Notes under the pieces: model-generated
The model's database searches: none
Seen by the model: only the letters and a program-made list of their open reading frames with translations
What the model was told of the DNA's origin: nothing
Assembly: GCA_963727275.1 (NCBI GenBank)
Contig: CAVSFK010000004.1
Span: 69,076-133,075 of the forward strand
Direction of reading: 5' to 3'
Source of the DNA: an uncultured Acidobacteriota bacterium
GTDB taxonomy: Bacteria; Acidobacteriota; Thermoanaerobaculia; Thermoanaerobaculales; Thermoanaerobaculaceae
Length of the DNA: 64,000 bases
Part shown: piece by piece, positions 1 to 8,189 of the stretch
How the letters are laid out: each line of letters opens with the position of its first letter
Position numbering within the stretch: the first letter of the stretch is position 1
Translations under genes and position numbers: made by a program

Positions 1-126
<126 letters not shown>

Positions 127-196
127 CGGGCGGAATACCCGGCCCGCGGCCGGGAGTTTTTGACGGTAGGGGCAGGTGTGCCCCTGGAGGGAACCG

Positions 197-523
197 ATGC
201 TCACCATGACGGACAAGGCGGTTGAGAAGGTCCGCTTCTACGCCGGCGAGATGGCGGAGGCGAAGGGCAAGGAGCTGCGCATCTTCGTCCAGGGGGGCGG
301 CTGCTCCGGATTCCAGTACGGTTTCACGTTCGACGAGGCGCAGGACGGCGACACGGTGGTGGAGTCGGGCGGGGTGAAGGTCCTCGTCGACCCGATGTCG
401 GCGCAGTACCTGTCGGGCGCGACCGTGGACTTCGTCGAGGATCTGCGCGGCTCCGGCTTCGTGGTCGAAAACCCGAACGCGGTGCGCTCGTGCGGGTGCG
501 GGCACTCGTTCTCCGTCGACTGA
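197..523 (+). CDS. erpA: HesB/IscA/ErpA-family iron-sulfur cluster insertion protein
   Basis: [12 protein letters not shown]...[11 protein letters not shown]...[16 protein letters not shown] has the three conserved Cys of A-type carriers. GGAGGG lies upstream of the ATG at 197. The ORF-track start at 176 is probably too early. Confidence 0.85.
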   Translation: MLTMTDKAVEKVRFYAGEMAEAKGKELRIFVQGGGCSGFQYGFTFDEAQDGDTVVESGGVKVLVDPMSAQYLSGATVDFVEDLRGSGFVVENPNAVRSCGCGHSFSVD

Positions 524-527
524 GGCG

Positions 528-1100
528 GTGTACGGCGTGAGCACTCGCCCGCTCGACGGCCGCCACCGCGCGATCGTGAGGCTCGGACATCCGGCGCTGC
601 GGCAGCGCGCGGACGAGGTGCCGGCGGAGCGTTTCGGCACCCGGTTCCTGCACGATCTCGGGCGCGACCTCCTGCGCACGATGTTCGAGGACAGCGGCGT
701 CGGGCTCGCGGCGCCCCAGATCGGGGTTTCGCTGCGGGTCTTCGCGTACTACGTACCCGGCGAGGGGGACAAGGACGAGGTCCCGCCCACCGTTCTGGTC
801 AATCCCGTCCTCACGCTGCTCGGCGAGGCGAACGAGGCGGGGTGGGAGGGGTGCCTCTCGATCCCCGGCTTGCGCGGCCTGGTCGCGCGGCACGCCGCGG
901 TGAAGGTCGCGGCGTTCGACACCGGCGGCTCGGCGCTCGCTTTCCAGGCCGAGGGGTTCCACGCCCGCGTCATCCAGCACGAGCACGATCACCTCGACGG
1001 GGTCGTCTTCCTCGATCGCATGTCGGGCATGGGGTCGCTCATGTTCGAGGAGGAGTGGGAGCACTATGCGCCCGACCGCGCAACCCCCGTCGAAGCCTGA
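528..1100 (+). CDS. def: peptide deformylase
   Basis: Motifs GVGLAAPQIG, EGCLSIPG and HEHDHLDG (metal ligands). GTG start. Confidence 0.9.
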   Translation: MYGVSTRPLDGRHRAIVRLGHPALRQRADEVPAERFGTRFLHDLGRDLLRTMFEDSGVGLAAPQIGVSLRVFAYYVPGEGDKDEVPPTVLVNPVLTLLGEANEAGWEGCLSIPGLRGLVARHAAVKVAAFDTGGSALAFQAEGFHARVIQHEHDHLDGVVFLDRMSGMGSLMFEEEWEHYAPDRATPVEA

Positions 1101-1113
1101 GTCCGGGCGCCGC

Positions 1114-1311
1114 CGATAGCGGACCATCTGCGTTGTCGGACTTCGGCGGCTCGGCTCCTCACGTACCCTCCGGGTACGCTCCGGGCCGGCCGCCTCGTCC
1201 TCCTAGCATCTGGCCCACTCTCGGCGGCGCGGCTACGCGCCGTGCTGCCGGGCCCTGCCTCTGATGCTGTGTCGTTTCGCTTTCGGACCCCGGACCCCGG
1301 ACCCCGGTCCT
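1114..1311 (+). repeat. ~200-nt intergenic repeat family, copy 1 (hairpin CGTACCC-TCC-GGGTACG at 1162-1178; 3' tail of CGGACCC heptamers at 1284-1311)
   Basis: Long stretches are identical to the reverse complement of 59574-59762 (cgatagcggaccatctgcgttgt, cctagcatctggcccactctcg, gcgcggctac.cgccgtgctgc) and to 43116-43324. It fills the convergent gap between def and the PDZ gene. Confidence 0.7.
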
Positions 1312-1315
1312 TCCA

Positions 1316-2419
1316 CTACAGCCCGGTCGGCGGGGGCGGCGGTGCCGGGGGCGCGGGCGGGGCCGCCGGATGCGCGGGCATCGCCGGTGCCGCACGGCGC
1401 GGCGCGTGCGGAGGCATGGCGCCGTGCCTGGCGGGCGCCTGCGCGGTGAGCGTCAGCTTCTCGTGCTTGCGCAGCACCAGCAACGCCACGGTTTCGCCCG
1501 GCTCGTACGACCGCAGGATGCGCATCGCCTGCGCGGGGGTCGCCGGCGAGCGGTCCCCGATCTTGAGGATCACGTCGCCGCCCCTGAGCTTGAACGCCTC
1601 GTCCTTGGGCGTTCGCACGACCAGCAGCCCCTCGCTGGTGCCGAAGTAGTCGCCGAGCTCCGGCGTGAGGCTCACCAGTTCCATGCTGCGCCACGAGCGG
1701 CCGCCCATCACGACGTCCATGTCGATGTCGGGCATGTCGGGCATCTCGATGTTGATGTCGGACATGTCGGGGATCTCAATGGTCTGATCGCCCCCCTCGC
1801 CGTCGGGGACCGTGAGCACCCGCACCCTCGGGCCCGTCGGCCGGCGCGCGGTGATCGCCACCGTGCTCGTGGCATCGCCGCGCCGGTACTCGAGGGTGAC
1901 CGGATCGCCGTCCTTCAACGAGCCCGCCAGCTCGATCAGGCGGGCCGTGGGGAGCGACTCGTCCTCGTCCGCTTCCACGTTGCCCGTGGTGAGCGGGTGG
2001 CCGTTGTACTTCGTGATGATGTCGCCGGCGCGCAGCCCCGCTTCCTCGGCCGGGCTTCCGGGGGTCAGCGCCTCGATGACGGCGCCGATCGCGTCCGTGC
2101 TCTGGTTCGTCTCGTGGCGCAGGACGAGGCCCAGCCGGGCGTGGTCGCGGTAGACGACGACCTTGCGGTCGAGCTTCATCCTCTTCACGTTCACCTCGGC
2201 GAGCTTGCGGGCCGCCTCCCGCATTGCCTGCTCGGCTTCGCGCATCTTCTGCTCGGCCTTGTGCATCTCCATCTCCGCGTCGTGCCGCTTCGCCTCGGCT
2301 TCGTGTCGTTGGCGGTCGGTCTCCTGCGGGTTGGGCGTCGGCGCCGCGGTTTGCGCGAACATCGGTGTGGCCGCCATCGCCAGCACGGCCAGCAGACTCA
2401 GGAACGATTGCCCTCTCAT
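1316..2419 (-). CDS. secreted PDZ-domain protein (signal peptide, His/Glu/Lys-rich coiled coil, two PDZ-like domains, Pro/Ala tail)
   Basis: Start MRGQSFLSLLAVLAMAATPMFAQ is preceded by GGAAGGGAGAA. PDZ-like segments are GSPAEEAGLRAGDIITKYNG and LRGGDVILKIGDRS. The part of the 545-aa ORF upstream of this start is rejected as read-through. Confidence 0.75.
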   Translation of the reverse strand: MRGQSFLSLLAVLAMAATPMFAQTAAPTPNPQETDRQRHEAEAKRHDAEMEMHKAEQKMREAEQAMREAARKLAEVNVKRMKLDRKVVVYRDHARLGLVLRHETNQSTDAIGAVIEALTPGSPAEEAGLRAGDIITKYNGHPLTTGNVEADEDESLPTARLIELAGSLKDGDPVTLEYRRGDATSTVAITARRPTGPRVRVLTVPDGEGGDQTIEIPDMSDINIEMPDMPDIDMDVVMGGRSWRSMELVSLTPELGDYFGTSEGLLVVRTPKDEAFKLRGGDVILKIGDRSPATPAQAMRILRSYEPGETVALLVLRKHEKLTLTAQAPARHGAMPPHAPRRAAPAMPAHPAAPPAPPAPPPPPTGL

Positions 2420-2442
2420 GGTGTTTCTCCCTTCCTCACCGG

Positions 2443-3030
2443 CTACAGCCCGACGTACGTGGTGCCGGAGGTCTCGACGCCGACCAGCGCGTCCAGCAGC
2501 TGCACCCGCCGCTGCCAGAGACCGACGATCTCCCGGGACGGGTAACGATCGGGGCGCGCGCGGCTCAGCTCCGCGTCGATCATCGCGATGCGGTCCTCGA
2601 GCTGCACGACCGTCCCGGCGGTGCGGCCGTTCATCACGCGCCCATCGCGCTCCGAGGCCCGCAGCGCCTGCTCGAGTCGCTGCGACTCCGCGACGAGCGT
2701 CTGGGCCTGGCGGGCCAGCCGCGCCTCGGCGAGCACCTCCAGCGCGCCGCGCACGCCGATCGCGAGGGTGAACGCCGCGGCGAGGCTCGCCGCCGCCCAC
2801 CCGAACCGGATCCACCCGCGGCGCTGGCGCCGGGCCGCGGCGCGGGCCCGCACGGTCGGCCACAGGTCTCGCGGCGGCGCCTGCGCGGGCAACGCCGAGA
2901 GCGACGCGCGCACTGCACGGAGGCGTTCCACCTCGGCGCTGCACGCCGGACATGCGGCGACGTGGGCTTCCGCCTCGGCGGCCGCCTCGCCGTCCCGCAC
3001 CGCGAGCAGCTCTTCAAGGCTCAGGTGCAT
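2443..3030 (-). CDS. anti-sigma factor (zf-HC2 type, single transmembrane segment)
   Basis: MHLSLEELLAVRDGE...HVAACPACSAEVERL has the H-x3-C-x2-C motif, followed by the TM helix WIRFGWAAASLAAAFTLAIGV. Its start overlaps the sigma-factor stop by 10 nt. Confidence 0.8.
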   Translation of the reverse strand: MHLSLEELLAVRDGEAAAEAEAHVAACPACSAEVERLRAVRASLSALPAQAPPRDLWPTVRARAAARRQRRGWIRFGWAAASLAAAFTLAIGVRGALEVLAEARLARQAQTLVAESQRLEQALRASERDGRVMNGRTAGTVVQLEDRIAMIDAELSRARPDRYPSREIVGLWQRRVQLLDALVGVETSGTTYVGL

Positions 3031-3617
3031 GGTCCCTCCCGAACCCCGGGCGCGAGCAGCTCCCGCAGACGAGCGTGCGCCCGCGCCAGTTGTGATTTGG
3101 AGAAGCTCGGGGTCTTGCCGGCCAGCCCGGCGATCTCCTCGTGGCTGTACCCCTCGACGTCGTGGAGCCAGATGACGGCGCGAGCGGCGTCGGAGAGCCG
3201 CGCGAGGGCGGTCTCGACGTCGACCCTCGCGGACGCCGCGGCGCCCGCCGCCGAGGCGTCCGCCGAATCGCTCGGCCGAGCGTTCAGCCGCTCCTCGGAA
3301 AGCTCCTCCTCGAGGCCCCGGGCGCCGGACTGTCGGAGCTTCATCAGGGCCTTGCTCGCCGCGACCTTGCGTATCCAGCCCGCCAACGAACCGTCCCCGC
3401 GGAAGCGGCCGATGCTGCGCACGACCTCGAGGAAGGTCTCTTGGAGGACGTCCTCCGCATCGTGCGCCGAGCGCGTCAGGCGGCGGGCAAGGGTGTAGAC
3501 GGGGGTCTCGAAACGGCGGAAGAGCTGTTCGAGCGCCGCCTCCTCGCCGGATCTGGCCCGCGCGACCAGCAGGTCGTCGATCGGCACGGCAAACGAGGTG
3601 CGCGTCGGCGTCTCCAT
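3021..3617 (-). CDS. ECF-family RNA polymerase sigma-70 factor
   Basis: Region 2 (DAEDVLQETFLEV, GWIRKVA) and region 4 (VIWLHDVEGYSHEEIAGLAGKTPSFSKSQLARAHARL). Start is placed at METPTR; the ORF is open up to 3698, so the start is uncertain. Confidence 0.8.
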   Translation of the reverse strand: METPTRTSFAVPIDDLLVARARSGEEAALEQLFRRFETPVYTLARRLTRSAHDAEDVLQETFLEVVRSIGRFRGDGSLAGWIRKVAASKALMKLRQSGARGLEEELSEERLNARPSDSADASAAGAAASARVDVETALARLSDAARAVIWLHDVEGYSHEEIAGLAGKTPSFSKSQLARAHARLRELLAPGVREGPCT

Positions 3618-3827
3618 GGTGTCCCCGCGATGCAGTACGGTAACGGGCTCGACGAAGTTTATCCGCGCCGCCCGGGCCATCGGCAACTCGCTGGTCACAC
3701 CCGTCTAGATGCGCCGGGCGGCCGGACCGTCGCACGAGGGCGTTTGACCGCACCGCGCGGGGCGTGCATCATCGCCGGCACGCCTCCCGCGGAGGAGCCT
3801 CCGAGCGCCGGGGAGCAAGGAGACGGA

Positions 3828-5207
3828 ATGGACGCCAGCGCCGTGCCGCAGCCCCTCGCCCGCTCGTACCGTTGGATCGTGCTCGCGATCATGAGCCTGA
3901 TCTGCTTCGCCCAGTACTACATCTACGACTCGATCACCCCGCTCGGCACGCTCATCAAGGAACAGCTCGGGTTCTCCGGCGCCGAGTACGGCCTGCTCTT
4001 CTCGTTCTACGCCGTGGCCAACGTCTTCCTTCTGATGTTGTTGTTCGCCGGCGTGCTGGTGGACTGGCTCGGCCTCAAGGTGTCGGGGATCCTCTACGGG
4101 TTCTTGTGCCTCCTGGGCGCCGCCCTGACGGCGCTGGGGGCGTGGAAGGGGTTGCCGGGGCTGCTCGGCGGCGGGTACGGGTGGCTGCACACGGCGTTCC
4201 TGCCGTCGTGGAGCCCGGAGCTAAAGATCATGTTGCTGGGACGCATGATCTACGGCGTCGGGGCCGAGGCGATCCTGGTCGTCAACAACAAGGTCCTGGC
4301 TCGCTGGTTCAAGGGCAAAGAGTTGGCATTTGCGTACGGGATGAACCTGACGATCATGCGGCTCGGAACGTTCCTCGCGCTCAACGTTCAGGCCCCGGCG
4401 GCGGGGTGGTTCGGACTCGGCGGGTCGCTCTGGTTCGCCGCGGCAATCATGGCCGGGGGTTTCGCCACGTACTTCATCTACCTCGGCATGGAGCGGGCCG
4501 CCCGGGGAAGGATGGGGGCGCCGGGGGTGACCGCCGGCGGCGGGGTGGCGCCGGAGGAGAAGTTCGCCCTCAAGGAAGCGTTCTCGTTCGACGCCTCGTT
4601 CTGGTTCATCACCCTGTTGTGCGTGACCTTCTACTCGGCGGTGTTTCCGTTCCAGTCGTACGCCCCGGACATCCTGGTGCAGAAGTTCGGCTACACGGTC
4701 AACGCGGCCGGGCATTACACCTCGGCGCTCATCTTCGGCACGATGATCTTCACGCCGTTGCTCGGGCTTTACGTGGACAAGCGCGGGAAGCGCGCGACGC
4801 TCATGATTCTAGGGGCGGCTCTGCTGGTGCCGTGTCACCTCTTGCTCGGGTACACGCACTTTCCGCCGGTGGTGCCGATCTTCTTCGTCGGCATCGCGCT
4901 CTCGCTCGTGCCGGCCGCGCTGTGGGCGGCGATCCCGATGATGGTGCCGGAGTCGCGCCTGGGCACCGCGTTCGGCGTCGTGGGCTACGTGCAGAACGTC
5001 GGACTGATGCTCTTTCCCTACCTCGCCGGGAAGATCGCCGACGCGCACACCACCATGGTCGGCGGCCAGCCGGTGGTCGATTACACCTCCACGATGGTGA
5101 TGTTCGCGGCGCTGGGCGTGGTCGGCTTTGTGTTCTCGCTTCTTCTCAAGGCGACCGACGCGCGCCGCAAGACCGGCATCAGCATCGAGAAGGTGCTGCT
5201 CAAGTAG
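3828..5207 (+). CDS. MFS transporter
   Basis: About 12 predicted hydrophobic helices. An MFS-like loop GRMIYGVGAEA follows TM2. ATG at 3828 is preceded by GGAGACGG. The upstream part of the 688-aa ORF is antisense read-through of the sigma gene. Confidence 0.75.
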   Translation: MDASAVPQPLARSYRWIVLAIMSLICFAQYYIYDSITPLGTLIKEQLGFSGAEYGLLFSFYAVANVFLLMLLFAGVLVDWLGLKVSGILYGFLCLLGAALTALGAWKGLPGLLGGGYGWLHTAFLPSWSPELKIMLLGRMIYGVGAEAILVVNNKVLARWFKGKELAFAYGMNLTIMRLGTFLALNVQAPAAGWFGLGGSLWFAAAIMAGGFATYFIYLGMERAARGRMGAPGVTAGGGVAPEEKFALKEAFSFDASFWFITLLCVTFYSAVFPFQSYAPDILVQKFGYTVNAAGHYTSALIFGTMIFTPLLGLYVDKRGKRATLMILGAALLVPCHLLLGYTHFPPVVPIFFVGIALSLVPAALWAAIPMMVPESRLGTAFGVVGYVQNVGLMLFPYLAGKIADAHTTMVGGQPVVDYTSTMVMFAALGVVGFVFSLLLKATDARRKTGISIEKVLLK

Positions 5208-5467
5208 GCGAGAACCGCTCGGGCGGCCGGCGCCGACCCGGCGCGCCGCTCGCTCCGCCCTCCCGATGCAACCCTCGACGTTCCGTGGGCATCTAAGGGG
5301 GTGGCGTGTCCGAACGCGGTGAGCCGCAACGACCGGGTGCGGCGGGCGTTGCCGTGCAAAAGAAGGCGCCTGGCCGGTCGTCAGAACCCGCTTCGTCGTC
5401 CGGACGTAGGTAGGGGTACGAGCCCGGCCTCTTCGTGGTGGCGGTGACGCCGGGCGTGGGGGCGCGC

Positions 5468-6565
5468 ATGAAGACGTGGTTGAAGGTCGTGGTCCCGGTG
5501 GTGGTCGTCGGAGCGGTCGGGTTCGGCGCCGTGCAGGCGACGACCGGCAAGGCCGCCAAGGGCGGTTTCACGCTCGTCAAGGTCGAGCGCGGGACGATCA
5601 CCGACAAGGCGCTCGCCACCGGCCAGATCGTCCCCGAGCAGGAGATCCAGGTGAAGTCGCAGATCTCCGGGATCGTCAAGGAGTGCTTCGCCGACGTCGG
5701 GGACCGGGTGAGCGCCGGGCAGCCGCTGTTCGCGATCATCCCGGACCCGACGCCACTCGAGCTCAACGAGGTCGAGCGCGGGGTCCAGCTCTCCGAGGTG
5801 GGCTACGCCAAGGCGGCCGCCGACTTCGAGCGCAACGGCGCGCTCTGGAAGGACGGGATCCTCTCGAAGGAGCTGTACGACGCCGCCAAGCAGGCGTTCG
5901 ACCAGGCCCGCATCCAGCTCGACCTGGCGCGCGAGCGCTTCGCCCTCACCAAGGAGGGGAAGATCCAGCGTGCCAAGGGCAACGTGGACTCCGTGATCCG
6001 CGCTCCGGCGTCGGGGACCGTGCTCATCCGCCAGGTCAACCCCGGCGACCCGGTGGTGCCGCTCACCTCGTACCAGGCCGGCACCCCGTTGATGACCATG
6101 GCCGACATGGGGACCCTGATGTTCAAGGGGACCGTGGACGAGATCGACGTCGGCAAGCTCCGCGAGGGCCTGCTCGTGCGCGTCAAGATCGGCGCCCTCC
6201 CGGACGCCAAGGTGACCGGCCGGCTGACGCGCATCGCGCCCAAGGCCACCGAGAAGGAAGGGACGACGCTGTTCGACGTCGAGGCGACCATCGAGAGCGC
6301 TGAAGGGGTCACGCTGCGCGCCGGATACTCGGCGAACGCCGACGTCGTCATCCAGGAAAAGCCCGGCGTGCTGCTGCTCCCCGAGCGCCTGGTGAGCTTC
6401 GACAAGGACAAGGCGTTCGTCGAGGTGCCGGGGGGCAAGCCGGATACGCCGCCGGCCAAGCGCGAGATCAAGACCGGCCTCTCCGACGGGCTCAAGCTCG
6501 AGGTCGTCGCAGGGCTCGCCGAGGGCGACGAGGTGGTGCAGCGTCCCCCGAAGGAAATCAAGTGA
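5468..6565 (+). CDS. efflux transporter periplasmic adaptor subunit (HlyD/MacA family)
   Basis: N-terminal TM anchor MKTWLKVVVPVVVVGAVGF, a lipoyl/coiled-coil/beta-barrel layout (QIVPEQEIQVKSQISGIV...AGQPLFAI), and context immediately upstream of FtsX permeases. Confidence 0.85.
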   Translation: MKTWLKVVVPVVVVGAVGFGAVQATTGKAAKGGFTLVKVERGTITDKALATGQIVPEQEIQVKSQISGIVKECFADVGDRVSAGQPLFAIIPDPTPLELNEVERGVQLSEVGYAKAAADFERNGALWKDGILSKELYDAAKQAFDQARIQLDLARERFALTKEGKIQRAKGNVDSVIRAPASGTVLIRQVNPGDPVVPLTSYQAGTPLMTMADMGTLMFKGTVDEIDVGKLREGLLVRVKIGALPDAKVTGRLTRIAPKATEKEGTTLFDVEATIESAEGVTLRAGYSANADVVIQEKPGVLLLPERLVSFDKDKAFVEVPGGKPDTPPAKREIKTGLSDGLKLEVVAGLAEGDEVVQRPPKEIK

Positions 6566-6576
6566 CTGATCGGCGC

Positions 6577-6894
6577 GGGAGCGCCGATCAGTCATCCCGA
6601 GCGCAGCGAGGGATCCCGTGGGAGCGCGAGGCCGCGGGTGCGCGCGGGAGCGCCGATCAGTCATCCCGAGCGCAGCGAGGGATCCCGTGGGAGCGCGAGG
6701 CCGCGGGTGCGCGCGGGAGCGCCGATCAGTCATCCCGAGCGCAGCGAGGGATCCCGTGGGAGCGCGAGGCCGCGGGTGCGCGCGGGAGCGCCGATCAGTC
6801 ATCCCGAGCGCAGCGAGGGATCCCGTGGGAGCGCGAGGCCGCGGGTGCGCGCGGGAGCGCCGATCAGTCATCCCGAGCGCAGCGAGGGATCCCC
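6577..6894. repeat. perfect 69-bp direct tandem repeat, about 4.6 copies, in the adaptor-permease intergenic space
   Basis: The unit gggagcgccgatcagtcatcccgagcgcagcgagggatcccgtgggagcgcgaggccgcgggtgcgcgc starts at 6577, 6646, 6715, 6784 and 6853, with the last copy truncated. All three forward frames give 23-aa periodic peptides. A hairpin tgactgatcggcgc-ggga-gcgccgatcagtca at 6563-6594 overlaps the macA-like stop codon. Confidence 0.95.
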
Positions 6895-6957
6895 CGGCGT
6901 TGCGAGAGCCACCGGGCGGCCAGCCGCGGCGAGCGAGTCACCGGGAAAGCCTGAGTC

Positions 6958-8187
6958 GTGGGCTGGAAGAACTACCTCCGCCAGTTCCTGCGCGACCTCA
7001 AGAGCCAGAAGCTGCGCGCCGCGCTGACGCTGTTCGGGCTCGTGTGGGGGACGACGGCCGTCACCCTGCTGCTCGCGTTCGGGGAGGGGCTCGAGGAGCG
7101 CCTGATCAAGAATATCCGCGGCCTCGGCGAGAACATCGTGATCTGCTGGCCCTCGCAGACCTCCAAGCCGTGGGAGGGCCTGCCGCGCAACCGCAAGATC
7201 GTGGTCAAGGACGACGACATCGCGGCGCTCAAGCGCGAGGTGCCCGGACTGACCGCGATCTCCGGCGAGTACAGCGCCGGCACCAAGAAGTTCAAGGTCG
7301 GGCGCAAGGTGCTCGTGCCGGGGATGACCGGCGCCAACCCGGTGTTCTCGGCGATGCGCAACCTCATCCCGCAGGCGGGCGGACGGTACGTCGACGACCT
7401 CGACATGGACGAGCGCCGCCGCGTCGTCTTCCTCGGCGACGGTCTCAAGCAGGACCTCTTCGGGGACGCCGAGGCGGTGGGGAAGTACGTCAACGTCAAC
7501 GGCGTGCCGTTCCTCGTCGTCGGGGTGATGACGCCGAAGTCGCAGGACTCGTCGTACCAGGGGCGCGACAAGGACCGAGCGTCGATCCCGGCCACCACGT
7601 TCCGGGCGATGTACGGCCAGCAGGAGTACGGCAACTTCGTCTTCCAGGTCGCGGATTCCTCCAAGGTCGAGACGGCCAAGGACAAGGTGATCGCCACCCT
7701 GGCCAAGATCCACCGCTTCGATCCGTCGGACGCCGAGGCGGTTCGGATGTGGGACGTCACCGAGAACGAGAAGTTCATGCGGACGTTCATGCTCGGGTTT
7801 CGCCTGTTCCTCGGCGTGATGGGCGTGCTCACGCTCGTGGTGGGCGGGATAGGCGTCTCGAACATCATGAACGTCGTGGTCGAGGAGCGCACCAAGGAGA
7901 TCGGCGTCAAGATGGCGCTCGGCGCCCGTCAGCGCGCGATCACCACCCAGTTCATCTTCGAGACGCTCCTGCTGACGGTGGCCGGCGGCGCCGTCGGGTT
8001 CGCGCTCTCGTGGGTGATCTGTGCCGTGTTCCCGGCGAGCCTCGACAACTACGTCGGCACCCCTGTGATCTCGCTGCAGGTCGGCGCCGTGACCACCCTC
8101 GTCCTCGGCGCCATCGGCTTCCTGGCCGGGTACTTCCCGGCGCGCGCCGCGGCGCGTCTCAACCCGGTCGAGGCGTTGAGGCTCTAG
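6958..8187 (+). CDS. ABC transporter permease, MacB/FtsX family (1 of 2)
   Basis: N-terminal TM helix (LRAALTLFGLVWGTTAVTLLLAFGEG), a large periplasmic domain, and three C-terminal FtsX TM helices with EIGVKMALGA and AGYFPARAAARL. Confidence 0.9.
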   Translation: MGWKNYLRQFLRDLKSQKLRAALTLFGLVWGTTAVTLLLAFGEGLEERLIKNIRGLGENIVICWPSQTSKPWEGLPRNRKIVVKDDDIAALKREVPGLTAISGEYSAGTKKFKVGRKVLVPGMTGANPVFSAMRNLIPQAGGRYVDDLDMDERRRVVFLGDGLKQDLFGDAEAVGKYVNVNGVPFLVVGVMTPKSQDSSYQGRDKDRASIPATTFRAMYGQQEYGNFVFQVADSSKVETAKDKVIATLAKIHRFDPSDAEAVRMWDVTENEKFMRTFMLGFRLFLGVMGVLTLVVGGIGVSNIMNVVVEERTKEIGVKMALGARQRAITTQFIFETLLLTVAGGAVGFALSWVICAVFPASLDNYVGTPVISLQVGAVTTLVLGAIGFLAGYFPARAAARLNPVEALRL

Positions 8188-8189
8188 CG

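Noticed and set aside
6577-6894. The 69-bp repeat array as a CRISPR locus
   Set aside because: The units are directly abutting with no spacers, and the period equals the unit length. No cas genes are nearby. This is a plain tandem repeat.
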